Below, one piece after another: positions 11,912 through 23,839 of a stretch of DNA of 64,000 nucleotides. The first letter of the stretch is position 1, and each line of letters begins with the position of its first letter. This stretch comes from Octopus bimaculoides (taxonomy: Eukaryota): positions 29,271,254-29,335,253 of the forward strand of contig NC_068983.1 of NCBI RefSeq assembly GCF_001194135.2, in the 5' to 3' direction. Made by a program: the position numbers and the translations under genes. Under the pieces are notes generated by a model that was not told the origin of the DNA, did no database searches, and saw only the letters and a program-made list of their open reading frames with translations.

Positions 11912-13466
11912 CTGGTGAGTAAGGCGGCAAACGGTTTTTGAGCGGTGAAAGAAAAGAGGGTAAATTCTAGAATACCCGGGAAGTTATATCACGCCACAGC
12001 CTCACGATGAATCGTCGATTTATAAATCAATCACGTGAAACTGATTCGTGACTCATTCGTGACTGTTTCGTGATGCTTAAGTGAATATCTAGCGGTTAGG
12101 GTTCGAATCACTACTAGGTTAAAAAAGTAAAAACTGGGGTCAATTTGTTCGACTAAACTTATCAAGGTGGTGCCCCAGCATGGCCTCAGTCCAATGACTG
12201 AAACAAGTAAAAGATAAAAGTTACAGCACTTACGATCAGAGCTGTCTTAAGCAGCATTATAGACCTCAGGACAAAGCAATGCAATTGAGCTGGGAGGAGG
12301 CTACATGCACAACCACAGTATATATAGATTAGCATTGAACATCTAGACGCAGGCGGCTTCCGACTAACTGCCTTGTGTATGCGTTTTAGAACGCTATTGC
12401 TTATGATATCTTAGTGTCTTGTCAACCCAGTCATGCACAACATAGTTCATGTGGACCACCATGTGGCCTAACTACACAAGTGTCAACCCTGCCCTGATTT
12501 TGTTACCTCATAACTCCCTGAAAAATAAACATTTTAATGAAATAATCTATATCACCTGAAACGTATTTGTAGAGAATTTAATTAAAAAGTACCCATTTTT
12601 CTGAAAGTTATGAGGAAACAAAATGAAGGAGTGTGAATCTCCCGAAACTCCTCTTCTCCCTTACACCTCCAAAATGTTTTCCATTACAAATTTTGATATA
12701 ATCGTAATCTGCTCCCTCTAAAACATATTTGTTGAAAATTTCATTTTAAAATACCCATTTTTCAAAAGGTTATGAGGAAACAAAGTCGAGCAGGAGAGCA
12801 AGCTTCATTAGTTATGCCAGTTATATATCCTACTGTTAAAAATAACAATATATTTGGTGGTCGATCCGTGAAGTTTTCCTCGTGGATTTTGCAGACCACT
12901 TTCTGAAGAGAAGAATGGAATAGGGTAAGGAGCACAATTGTTAGGTCGTGCTTAGGGCACCATCAGTTCGAACCTACTTTTGATCATAAGTCTGTTCGTT
13001 TAGGTTTGACCTGGGGCTAAATAACAACATGAGCAAGTAGGAAATTTCAAAGGGTTGACGTTCGGGGCCGTAAGAACACCAGGGTGGGGAGGACTGAGAG
13101 GGAGAGAGAAGGAGAGAGGTGGGGAGTTGTATCGAGACAGTTTCGGTGGAGGCAGTACAAAACTGGCTACTTCTAAAGATTAGAGGCTAATTGAGGAGGC
13201 ACAGAGAAGAGACAGTCGGTCTATGGACCAGAATAATATGCATCCCAATCCTGAAAATTAAATATTACGCTTTTTTTTCTTTTTCTTTGTCCTCAACAGT
13301 CTCACAGACGCTGAAAAAAAGAGACGATCATAGGAATGAAATGAAAATTTTGACACTTCAAGAAATAAAAGCAAAATGAAAATTGCTTTTGGGTGCTTTT
13401 AATTGACTAAAATAACTTTTTACAGTGTAATTATTTAAAATGTGCGATAAAAGAATAAAACGTAAT

Positions 13467-13548
13467 CGACGAGGATGAGATTCGAACTCACGCGGGGAGA
13501 CCCCAATGGATTAGCAGTCCATCGCCTTAACCACTCGGCCACCTCGTC
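13467..13548 (-). tRNA. trnS-GCT: tRNA-Ser (anticodon GCT)
   Basis: GACGAGG/CCTCGTC acceptor stem, A-box TGGCCGAGTGG, anticodon loop CTGCTAA, long variable arm GGGG-TCT-CCCC, B-box GTTCGAATC, TTTT Pol III terminator 6 nt downstream. Confidence 0.97.
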
Positions 13549-14358
13549 CTCTGGTTAGAAGTGTGCAGATTTATTGTATATAAACAATATCGTATTATTA
13601 AATGCGTGTTATTTTTTGCTTCGTTTAAATATTTATATTTACTAATTAGTTTTATTTAAGAATCACAGAAGTGATTTAATTTCGTATACATTTGATAAAT
13701 GTCGGTTACAACTAATTTATAAGTGCAAAGTTGTTTGGATGTCTATAAACTCAGTTGTCGCTGTTATACGATGGCGTTAATTTTGTTGTTACCTGATTTG
13801 TCTCAGGCAACATAATAAAAGAACGTTCCACTCGAAACTATCTTCGCATGTTTTGTCTTCTTTTATAATTTTATTCACATGAAATGCATTACAGGAATTT
13901 CACATTCATCCTTGTAGTCGACTGGTACTTTATGTCAACTCAGGACGGGTGAAAACTAAGTTGTCCTCAGAAGGATTTGAACTCAGAGTGTAAAGGATCG
14001 TACCACTCTTTTTTTTTTGTCTCTTTTCCATACAAAGTATATTTGGATATTTAAGACTTCATTAACAAATTTGTCCTTGTAGTTTAAGAGAAATTTAGCT
14101 GCTATTTCTACTAGGTAGAGCGACCGAGTAGGCCTTCTTGGCTTGCATGTTTTGCCTGTATGTAATTCCAGTTTGTATTATAGAACAAGGCAGAGAAAGA
14201 ATTTGTGACATTTTTTGTTTATCCCGAAGTTATATTTCCATAATTAATAAGGTGAAAAGGCCTGCAAAATATTCAAATGACAGCAATCTTGAATTATAGC
14301 GTACCGTTTTTCTTTTACTTTCGCAAATGAATTACATCATCGATAATAATAATGCTAA

Positions 14359-15006
14359 CAGGCATACCAACACAATTGGGCCGTCTCGACTTTGTTTTCT
14401 CATGAAATTTTCTATGAATATATTTCAACGGTGTAGATTCCGATTATATCGAAATTTGTCGTGAAAATTTTTTGCGAAGGAGAGGAGTTTCGGAAAATTC
14501 ACACGAGTCGGTTTTGTTTCTTCATAACTTTCAGAAAAAGGGGTAATTTTTAATGAAATTTCTGCAAATACCTTTTAGACGGTGTAGATTAGGATTATAT
14601 CGGAATTTAATATGAAAAAACTATGTTGAACTCACTCAAATACATACTGACACACATCACATATATCTACTGATCGAAACTTGAAATTTCGGGAAAAAAA
14701 TTGTTTTGTGTCAGTATATATGTGTGCGTGCCCAACAGTTTTATTTTGCACATTGAATTCCGATATAATCCTAATCTACACCATCTGAAAGTATTCGTAG
14801 AAATTTTTATTTAAAAATACCCAGTTTTATGAAAGTTATGAGGAAACAAAGTCAACTCTTGTGAATTTCCTGAAACTTCTCTCCCTACTGTCGGAAAAGT
14901 TTTTTTTTTTCACAACTAATTTCGACATTAAATAATGTCCGTTTTTCTGAAAGTTATGACGAAATAAAATCGGTTGGGATGGAGCACATTTGTGTAGGTA
15001 TGCCCG
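14359..15006. mobile_element. Foldback/MITE-like element with long inverted arms
   Basis: Ends CAGGCATACC / GGTATGCCCG; 14420-14620 is the inverted counterpart of 14750-14925; related sequence at 12500-12800. Confidence 0.7.
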
Positions 15007-15237
15007 ACGAAACACAATATTGTTATGAGTTGTCAATTTTAAACAAATAAAAGTAATATTGTTCTTGTATAGCAAGGAGAATTCGTGGCTGTGTGGTAAG
15101 AAGCTTGCTTCCCAAGTACATGATTCTGGGTTTGGTCCTGCTGTGTGGCACGTTGGACAAATGTCTTCTACTATAGCCTCGGGCAGACCAAAGCCTTCTG
15201 AGTGGATTTTGGTAGACGGACACTGAAAGAAACCTGT

Positions 15238-15280
<43 letters not shown>

Positions 15281-15510
15281 GTGTGTGTATGTATATTTAT
15301 GTGTGTGTGTGTGTGTTTGTCTCCCTATCATTGCTTGACAAACGATGCTGGTGTGTTTATGTCCTCGTAACTTAGCAGTTCGGCAAAAGTATCTGACAGA
15401 ACAAGTACTAGGCTTACAAAGTATAAGTCCTGGGGTTGATTTCTTTGACTGAAGGTGGTGCTCCAGCGTGGCCACAGTCAAATGACTGAAACAAGTGAAA
15501 GAATATATGT

Positions 15511-15725
15511 AACAAGAGCACTCAGAGAGTGCAAACCGCCACCAAGGTAACGCCAACATCCTCTCAACGATTAGGCAGAGATGGATTTTAAAATGAGAAT
15601 ATCTGAAATAAACTCGACTGCTCTCACAAATGAGAATACTAAAAATGAACCCAACTGCTCTCAAAAATTAAGTAAAAAAAAAAGCAGAAAAATAATCCAG
15701 ACTCCTTGTCCGGTACCTGATCGAT
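15511..15725 (+). mobile_element. DINE-1/Helentron-like element, 5' part
   Basis: AACAAGAGCACTCAGAGAG..CGCCACCAAGG start; shares AAATAATCCAGA..GGTACC..GATC with the 16368 fragment. Confidence 0.4.
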
Positions 15726-15824
15726 ACCAATGGTAGTCATGGAACGTGAAGGTGGGTGTGTGGGCCATGTTTGTAATGTTCTGTGTGTGTGTCGTCTGCA
15801 GTGGGAACAGGGACAGTTTTCTCT

Positions 15825-15965
15825 ATGAAGGCCTTTTTTTAGTCTATCCATTAATATAGTGTCTTTACAACCATTAAGGTCCATAGTGAAAAATTTATCC
15901 ATGCGTGAAAGAAAACAGAAAGGACCTGCATATGGTGCTGTTAACAGAGGTTCAACAACATCGTT
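15825..15965 (-). mobile_element. Ty3/Gypsy integrase C-terminal (GPY/F) fragment
   Basis: PLLTAPYAGPFCFLSRMDKFFTMDLNGCKDTILMDRLK fits the P.Y.GP..V..R.DK.F.....G....VS.DRLK pattern. Confidence 0.75.
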
Positions 15966-16367
15966 ACTCACAAAAACGTGAGTCCATGAAGTAAAGCTTC
16001 CTTCAAGGCAGAGCTAGAAATGCAGTTGTCAATTAAGTAAGGAGTTTTAAACAGGAGCAATATATTCAAAATTGGTAAAACTAAAAATTGTCGAGGATAG
16101 ATTAACTTTATTATTGTTACTGAATATGTTAGTGTTATTTAATTTCTGAACGGTTTTGCTGCCATTTGTTTATGTAGTTTGATTTCTTTATCCATCAGTT
16201 TCTACTAAGATAGAGACATGAGTAAAATTAATAATAGAGAAATGAAAATATAACTTTGGAAACAGCAACACTGTCATAACTTATGTGAAAACTATGAGCA
16301 TGCTTTCAGAGAAAGACTTGAAAGTCAACACAAGATTGTAATACTTCATGTAAAGTAAATATAACAA

Positions 16368-16560
16368 ATAATCCAGAATCTTTGTTCGGTACCAGATCAA
16401 TCCCAAAGTCTAATCAGTTTGTGCCAGTCACGAGGCCAAACATCCCTGAAAGTTTCATCCAAATCCATCCGGTGGTTCTTGAGATGTCTTGTCCACAGAC
16501 AAACAAACAAACATACACAACTGAAAGTAATACCTCGACCTTCGCTAAGGTGGAGGTAAT
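16368..16560 (+). mobile_element. DINE-1/Helentron-like element, 3' part
   Basis: AAGTTTCATCCAAATCC, (ACAA)n tract, terminal hairpin TACCTCGACCTT-CGCT-AAGGTGGAGGTA. Confidence 0.5.
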
Positions 16561-17533
16561 TATATACAGATGTTTGCATGTTGGCATCAGCAAAATTGTA
16601 ATGATTTATATGTTGCAAATAAATGAGAAGAAAAATTATTATTAATTGAAATGGCTCTTTATTTGTTCATTACAAAGTAAGATACAATTATTCATAAAAT
16701 TTATGTAAGTTATACATAAAATTATACATAAAATGTTATACATAAAATATTTGCAATTCTACTATCCATCATTTAATATCTGTTTTCCATGCTGGCATGG
16801 GTTGGACAGTTTCACAGGGGGCCACGTCTGGTACCTGTCTGGTTTGGCATGGCTTTTGTGGCTGGATGCCCTTCCTAATGCCACCATTTTACAGCATGGA
16901 CTGAGTGTTTTTATGTGACACTGCATGGTAGCATAGTTTCAAAGGCTACATACTCTTCCCAACACCACCACTTTACAGCATGGACTGGATGCTTTTACAT
17001 GTCACCAACAAGGTAGCATGTAAAAAAAAATCCATTTTGAGTGTGGCCGTTGCCAGTACCGCCTGACTGGCCCTCGTGCCGGTGGCACATAAAAGCACCC
17101 ACTACACTCTCGGAGTGGTTGGCGTTAGGAAGGGCATCCAGCTGTAGAAACTCTGCCAGATCAGATTGGAGTCTGGTGTAGCCATCCGGCTCACCAGTCC
17201 TGAGTCAAACCGTCCAACCCATGCTAGCATGGAAAGCGGACGTTAAACGATGATGATNNNNNNNNNNNNNNNNNNNNNNNNNNNNNNNNNNNNCATACAT
17301 ATACATATATATATGTATTATATATATTTAATTATATGTATTTCTTCTATCTTAATGAATAAAAATTCTTCAGATAGAATAAATGGGTTAATAGAAACCA
17401 AGGTAGCAAAGAACACAAAATAACTGTGGTGTAGTTCCTGTTTTTGAGGCAGAAACTCCTTGAAATTTTGGGTATTTGAGTATATTTAAAAATTTAAGGA
17501 ATGGAGAAAACGCATGTTATAATTGCATACTTT

Positions 17534-17619
17534 ATTCCTACATATGTTTCAAAGGATTACAACCTATGTGATCCATAGGGATCTGTGATGTTAAAATTGT
17601 AACCTTCTCTTCAGAGAAT
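17534..17619 (-). ncRNA. Type I hammerhead ribozyme, intact core, extended stem II
   Basis: Stem I AUUCU/GGAAU; CUGAAGA; stem II GAAGGUUACAA/UUGUAA(U)CCUUU; GAAA; palindromic stem III ACAUAUGU; cleavage triplet GUA. Confidence 0.8.
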
Positions 17620-17694
17620 GCATGGGAATCATCTTAAACGTAAGACATTATGACCGAGTATGAAACCAATATTATATATATATTTATGTACACA

Positions 17695-17751
<57 letters not shown>

Positions 17752-17753
<2 letters not shown>

Positions 17754-17949
17754 TGTTCTATATTTTAGAGATGAGGAATCCTGTACATTATTTACATTGG
17801 ACAGACGTGTGTCCTCATCTTGTTTGTTGTTACCACAACATTTCAGCTGATTTACTCACCAGCCTTATTCAGGTGTCCTGGTAGAATTTTGAACTTAACC
17901 CTGGGTTCTCATTCCTAAAGTACTTTTTACGCTGATGGTATTGTTATTA

Positions 17950-17999
<50 letters not shown>

Positions 18000-18062
18000 T
18001 ATTCAAAGCACTGCCTGGAATTGAACTTTCAATCTTGGAGTTAGTAGCCTGTGCTCTTAACC
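17752..18062 (-). mobile_element. SINE family E, diverged copy
   Basis: Same head/(AAT)n/tail order; hammerhead core decayed to CUGAAUA. Confidence 0.8.
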
Positions 18063-18074
18063 TCAAGTAGATCT

Positions 18075-18575
18075 TTCTCTGCTTAGTGGCTGTGGCAAAA
18101 GAAGCTGTGTAGTGGACCTGTCTGAAAGGTTTGAAGACTGGCGTATTCTCATCTGGTCAAGCCCATATCGATTTCTTCAAATATCATTTGAAGAGGAAAG
18201 TGAGGGTAGAAAGGGAGGTGCTACATTCAAGTGTGTTTATCAAAAGGTAAGACTGAATGGTGAGACTGAATGGATCTACTCTGAATATTCTTTTCTAAGC
18301 AGAAGGAAAGAAATTGGGAGAGGGCATTTTCCCATGCCTTAGAGATGGCAGAATAATCCGGTATTTTTGTGTGGGGTTTACCCCAGATGACCCTATTTAT
18401 TTATTTATTTATTATTTATTTCTCTACTTTGTATTATATATCCTCTGTTACATCCTTTAACGTGGTAGTATTTCCCCTTGATTGATGTTAACCCCACATG
18501 TTTTTATAATTTTTTTGTGCTGTAACTCGTCCTTTGATATTGTCCTCCATGTCCTGGGCCCTTGTGGCTAATAAA
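18075..18575 (+). mobile_element. L1/Tx1-like LINE 3' fragment
   Basis: LVAVAKEAV*WT..KGLKTG..FFKYHLKRKVRVER, then an AT-rich UTR ending in AATAAAA and (ATT)n. Confidence 0.4.
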
Positions 18576-18580
18576 AGAAA

Positions 18581-18615
<35 letters not shown>

Positions 18616-19148
18616 GAGTGAGAGAGCAGTGCATGCCATCAAAGTGACACTGGGGTATGAATATACGAATCCCAGTATACCCATCATAAGGGCACACCAG
18701 GCACATACATCACAATCATATGTGCGCAACATGGTGATCTCATATCAAGATAAACAGCACGTGACCTTGCAGGTGGAGCCCAGTTAGAATTTTCTTCAGG
18801 TCGAGTAGCCCATCCTGCTCAAAAGGTCCCTGAATAAGGTTTGTTTAAGGATGATGAATGAAACACCCATGTTTCCAGAGGTGAATTATTCAAACCCCAA
18901 AGAACTCCTCTCAGCACATGGCTATGATGCTCCCCCACTACTTCTGCTCGTGATCAGAGATGCACATATCGTCAACCACCATGCTCAACTAATGAAGGTC
19001 AAGCAACTGACAGGCAAATCTGTGGTATTGAGCAGAATATTTGCTGTATCCCATCTTTTATACCAAGACAAAACAATGTACATGATAACACTTCCAATTA
19101 GTTAAGATCAGAGGCCATGACAGTCACTACATGGTACTACATTGGGGC

Positions 19149-19188
<40 letters not shown>

Positions 19189-19388
19189 GTTGTTGTTGTT
19201 GTTGTTGTTATTATTATATGGCAGGCTTCTGTACAGTTTTCATGTACCAAATTTCACTCACAAAGTATTGTTTACCTGAAGCTTAACACAGAAGGTGGGA
19301 CAAAGCCCCAAACCACTTGGTCTGCAGAAAACTTCTTAACCATACAGCCATGTCTGTGTCTAAATTTTCTCAACCATCTTCCTATATA

Positions 19389-19544
19389 TTACATGTTAAG
19401 GCTCTCTTTCTTCACATACACCTCTTGTTGCATATCAATAATCTGTTTGTTTAACAGAGATTCTTGTTCTTTCAGGTTTGCATTCTGGCTCTTCATTACA
19501 TTGAATTGCTTCTTCAGTCTTATTAACTGGGCTTTGTTACGTTT
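19389..19544 (-). CDS. CCDC122-like terminal exon, KRNKAQLIRLKKQFNVMKSQNANLKEQESLLNKQIIDMQQEVYVKKESLNM*
   Basis: CTTTTTCAG acceptor. ISVLHKRNKAQLIRLKKQFN resembles recalled human CCDC122 [20 protein letters not shown]. TAA at 19389-19391; AATAAA at 19150-19155 (minus). Confidence 0.82.
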   Translation of the reverse strand, partial: KRNKAQLIRLKKQFNVMKSQNANLKEQESLLNKQIIDMQQEVYVKKESLNM

Positions 19545-19638
19545 CTGAAAAAGAAGTGAGTAAATTAATTAGAACTGTTAATAATAACAATCATTTTGAT
19601 TACTTTGATGTTAATTTCACAAAGAAACTCCCATATAA

Positions 19639-20007
19639 TCTATATCTATAAAACAGAGGATGTTTGTGTGTATGTGTACGTGAATGTGGTTTATGCACGT
19701 CCACAAATTAGCACACATGTCGCTCCAATTTTAGGAGAAGATTCGGAATGACCCTATGTGCATTTTAGTGAACTTTCTCTCTCAGAGGTACCCGCGTATA
19801 GCTGTAAAAATCGATAAACTTTTACCAATTTTGAAGTTTGTTGACATGGCGAAGTCAAATCTGTGTGTACACTCGTGAAGGCGAGAGAGAGAGAGAGGGA
19901 GAGAGAGAAATTGTATGTTTGTGAGAGGGAGGGTGAAGGTTTGTCCCTCCTTCTGTCCTTGTCAGAAGCCCATCATATATATGTATGAGTGAGATCGTTG
20001 CCAGTGC
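19639..20007 (+). mobile_element. Helitron-like non-autonomous element, 5' part
   Basis: A|TCTATATCTATAAAA start followed by a GT-rich tract; 3' end lost in gap 20008-20147. Confidence 0.5.
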
Positions 20008-20411
20008 NNNNNNNNNNNNNNNNNNNNNNNNNNNNNNNNNNNNNNNNNNNNNNNNNNNNNNNNNNNNNNNNNNNNNNNNNNNNNNNNNNNNNNNNNNNNN
20101 NNNNNNNNNNNNNNNNNNNNNNNNNNNNNNNNNNNNNNNNNNNNNNNATATATATATACGTGCGTATGTGTGTGTATATATTTGTGTGTCTGTGTTTGTC
20201 TCCCCAACATCGCTTGACAACTGATGCTGGTGTGTTTACGTTCCCGTAACTTAACGGTTTGGCAAAAGAGACCGATAGAATAAGTACTAGGCTTACGAAG
20301 AATAAGTCCTGGGGTTGATTTGTTCGACTAAAGGCGGTGCTCCAGCAAGGCCACAGTCAAATGACTGAAACAAGTAAAAAAGAGTAAAAGAGTAATAAAG
20401 ATAAAACTTAC

Positions 20412-20468
20412 ATGTAAAACACTTATTGAGAGTTCAAGTTGTTGGAGTTCTTTTTTCAGTTTTTCCAC
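20412..20468 (-). CDS. CCDC122-like exon, VEKLKKELQQLELSISVLH
   Basis: TTGTTTTACCAG acceptor, GTAAGT donor, phase 0/0. Confidence 0.87.
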
Positions 20469-21133
20469 CTGGTAAAACAATGAAACAATCAAAATGTAGT
20501 ACACACACACACACACACACATACACATAATATATATATATATATATATGGATGGATGGGTATGGCTGTACATGCATATGTACATACATACATAAACAGA
20601 AAACACCTATAGACAAAGTTGACTATATTTAGACCAATGGGTCAAAAGTATGTTGATAGAGCTTAAAAATTAAAACAGCAACTAAGTTAAAATACAACTG
20701 GCTAGATATTGGTGTGTGATAAGGAAAAGATATGTTCTGTTGTGGGTCTTATGTTACTTACTGGCACTCTATTAGTTACACCGAGTGTTCCGGTTGATAT
20801 GATCAACAAAACAGCCTGCTCATGAAATTAATGTGCAAATGGCTGAGCACTCCACAGACACACATACCCTTAACATACTTCACAGGGAGATTCAGCAGGA
20901 CACAGAATGTAACAAAGTTGGCCCTTTGAAATACTGATACTACTCATTTTTGCCAGCTGAGTGAACCTGGAGTAATATGAAAAAAATAATGTAAATTGCC
21001 CAAGGACAACACACTGCAGGAATTGAACTCTAGTCCATACTATCATGAGCAGATAACTCATACCACTAAGCCACACAACTACCTACTAGAATATGTGCCA
21101 AATAAATGAACACACAACACAGTGAATGCTTAC

Positions 21134-21270
21134 TTGACTTTTGATCTCTTGACTTTCTATTACTTTTTTCTCTACTGCTTCTTTCAGTGCATCACATTGT
21201 TCTTCCTTTTGTTTTACTGCCAGCCCACTTAGTACAGCATCTGTGTCTTCTCTGGCTTCTATCTCTTTCC
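21134..21270 (-). CDS. CCDC122-like exon, KEIEAREDTDAVLSGLAVKQKEEQCDALKEAVEKKVIESQEIKSQ
   Basis: Open frame, donor GTAAGC, phase 1/0 (T|GG = Trp); acceptor context is weak. Confidence 0.82.
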
Positions 21271-22108
21271 CTACTTAATATATCAATTTTAAATTTTAGC
21301 AGAAGGTCAACAATTTTGTGGGGCAGAGGGATTTAGTTCATTATTTAGCGAAGAGTAAACATGAATCCTGTGTTCTTCTTTGTGTTAAAGTGAGTGTACT
21401 GGTGTGACAAACAACATTGAGTCAAAGTTAAACAACAAGTTTTTATAACAGTGTTCATACAAAAGTGGATGTGAATAAATAAAAGTTGTACAAACGTGGT
21501 TGCATCTTATGTGATTGATGCTGAAACAGAAGAGAGTAAGAAAGGCGCCCACTACATAATGTGGTAGCAGAAATGGCCAAAGGCAAAGTGAGTTAGCAGT
21601 CCTAGCTGGCTGTGTCAGTTGACAAGCGGCCTGCCTAGAAAGGGAAAAGACGTAAAAGAGAAAGATGGTTGTCCCTTTAAGGGTTTAAATACATCCCTAG
21701 CAGAAGTGCCATTGCAGCGCCACCTTCTGACGACAGAATGAGGGAACATTACTCCACCCTGTTCCTTTCAGTATTTATGGCCCTTGCTACAATTACATTG
21801 ACCCCTTGCTCAATTGTTACTTATTTTATCAACCCTGAAAGGATGAAAGGTTAAACCTCAGCAGAATTTGAACTCAGATCATAAAGATGGACAAAATGCT
21901 GGTAAGCATTTTTACCCAGTGTGTTAATGATTCTATCAGCTTGCCACCTTTCCCTATTGGGAAGCAAACTTCTTACCACACAGCTACTCCTGCACCTGGA
22001 GAAAGAAAAGAAAACTATGAAATATATTGATCTTTTTAGTGATTTATAATGGTTTAGGATGTAATGAAAGAGAACCAACTATGGAAAAACAGAAAAAAAA
22101 AATCTCAC

Positions 22109-22236
22109 ATTTCTCTTTCAGAGATTCAACAAGCAACTGCTGCTTCTGTAAGTTTAGTTCATCTTCCCGGTTGCACCATAATTTGTTTACCTTCAGTTGA
22201 TGTTCCAGCATCATTTTCCTACTTCTTTTAATTAGC
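22109..22236 (-). CDS. CCDC122-like exon, LIKRSRKMMLEHQLKVNKLWCNREDELNLQKQQLLVESLKEK
   Basis: TTATTTAG acceptor, GTGAGA donor, phase 2/1, heptad-rich. Confidence 0.83.
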
Positions 22237-22409
22237 CTAAATAAGTTTAGACAGGAAATGAGATAAAGAAAAAAAAAGAAAGAAAATGAAATTAATGCAA
22301 AGGCAATGCTCCAGAAAGAGCCTCGATATACTCACTTTTGACCAGCAACATTTAGCAGCCAGATATTTCTTAAATCACATCCTACCATTTTGATAAAAGG
22401 ACATTAAAT

Positions 22410-22573
22410 AGGCACAGGAGTGGCTGTGTGGTAAGTAGCTTGTTTACCAGCCACATGGTTCTGGGTTCGGTCCTACTGCGTGGCACCTTGGGCAAGTGTC
22501 TTCTACTATAGCCTCGGGCCAACCAAAGCCTTGTGAGTGGATTTGGTAGACGGAAACTGAAAGAAGCCTGTCG

Positions 22574-22608
<35 letters not shown>

Positions 22609-22845
22609 ATGTATATATATATATATGTATGTGTGTGTATATGTTTGTGTGTCTGTGTTTGTCCTCCCCAGCATCGCTTGACAACCGATGCTGGTGTGTT
22701 TACATCCCGTAACTTAGCGGCTCGGCAAAAGAGACCGATAGAATAAGTACTAGGCTTACAAAGTCCTGGGGTCGATTTACTCGACTATAAAGGCGGTGCT
22801 CCAGCATAGCCACAGTCAAATGACTGAAACAAGTAAAAGAGTAAT
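22410..22845 (+). mobile_element. SINE family A copy in CCDC122-like intron
   Basis: Full head-microsatellite-tail structure as at 6650-7050. Confidence 0.92.
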
Positions 22846-23131
22846 GCAGTCCTAGATATGGCCTTAGCTACAATAGCTAAAACAAATTAACTTTTTAGCA
22901 TTTAATCCGGCCATATCTGGCGTAAATAGTCTATCTGTTTTATCTTAAAACTGATCAGATATAGCCTCTCACACCTACTCTACAATGGCATTCTAAAAAT
23001 ATACAACCATTGAAATCTTGAAGCTACAAGATAATGCATGATTAATTCAAAACTGTGTGAATAAATTAGCAATATATTTGACGGCAAAATATCTGATTGC
23101 CAAAAGCTTTAAGAATATACTGTATATCATC

Positions 23132-23163
<32 letters not shown>

Positions 23164-23277
23164 ATATATATATATATATATTGATAGAAAGGACAACAAA
23201 AGAAAGAAAGAGACCTCGGTATTATGTAAATAAAGGAATTTATCTGTAAAAATATGTGACACTTATTTGGTAGCCAT

Positions 23278-23338
23278 GATAAAACTCCGAGTTTTGGATG
23301 CCAGGGTGGGAACCCACGCCAACATCTCTTCAGTTATC
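23278..23338 (-). ncRNA. Type I hammerhead motif with G12-to-A core change
   Basis: Stem I GAUAA/UUAUC (5/5); CUGAAGA; 8-bp stem II with inner hairpin GUGGG-UU-CCCAC; CAAAA instead of CGAAA; stem III ACUC-G-GAGU; GUU triplet. Confidence 0.7.
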
Positions 23339-23380
23339 CGGCCATTGAAAATTCCTGTCATATATTCCACATATTTTTAC

Positions 23381-23414
<34 letters not shown>

Positions 23415-23802
23415 NNNNNNNNNNNNNNNNNNNNNNNNNNNNNNNNNNNNNNNNNNNNNNNNNNNNNNNNNNNNNNNNNNNNNNNNNNNNNNNNNNNNNN
23501 NNNNNNNNNNNNNNNNNNNNNNNNNNNNNNNNNNNNNNNNNNNNNNNNNNNNNNNNNNNNNNNNNNNNNNNNNNNNNNNNNNNNNNNNNNNNNNNNNNNN
23601 NNNNNNNNNNNNNNNNNNNNNNNNNNNNNNNNNNNNNNNNNNNNNNNNNNNAGCAAACAATAAATTACCTGCCTCTGGATACCCCCTAACTAAGACGGTA
23701 CCCACACAAGTAATTCCCAAGAGTGCCTCTGGATTTAAACATCCCCTGGTTGCTTGGATACTTCAGACTACCCCTGAAAAATTGAAGCAATCCTATCATT
23801 TA

Positions 23803-23834
<32 letters not shown>

Positions 23835-23839
<5 letters not shown>

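Noticed and set aside
17330-17380. Minus-strand CTGAAGA..GAAA in AT-rich sequence
   Set aside because: Stem I does not pair; the AU-only stems are likely chance.
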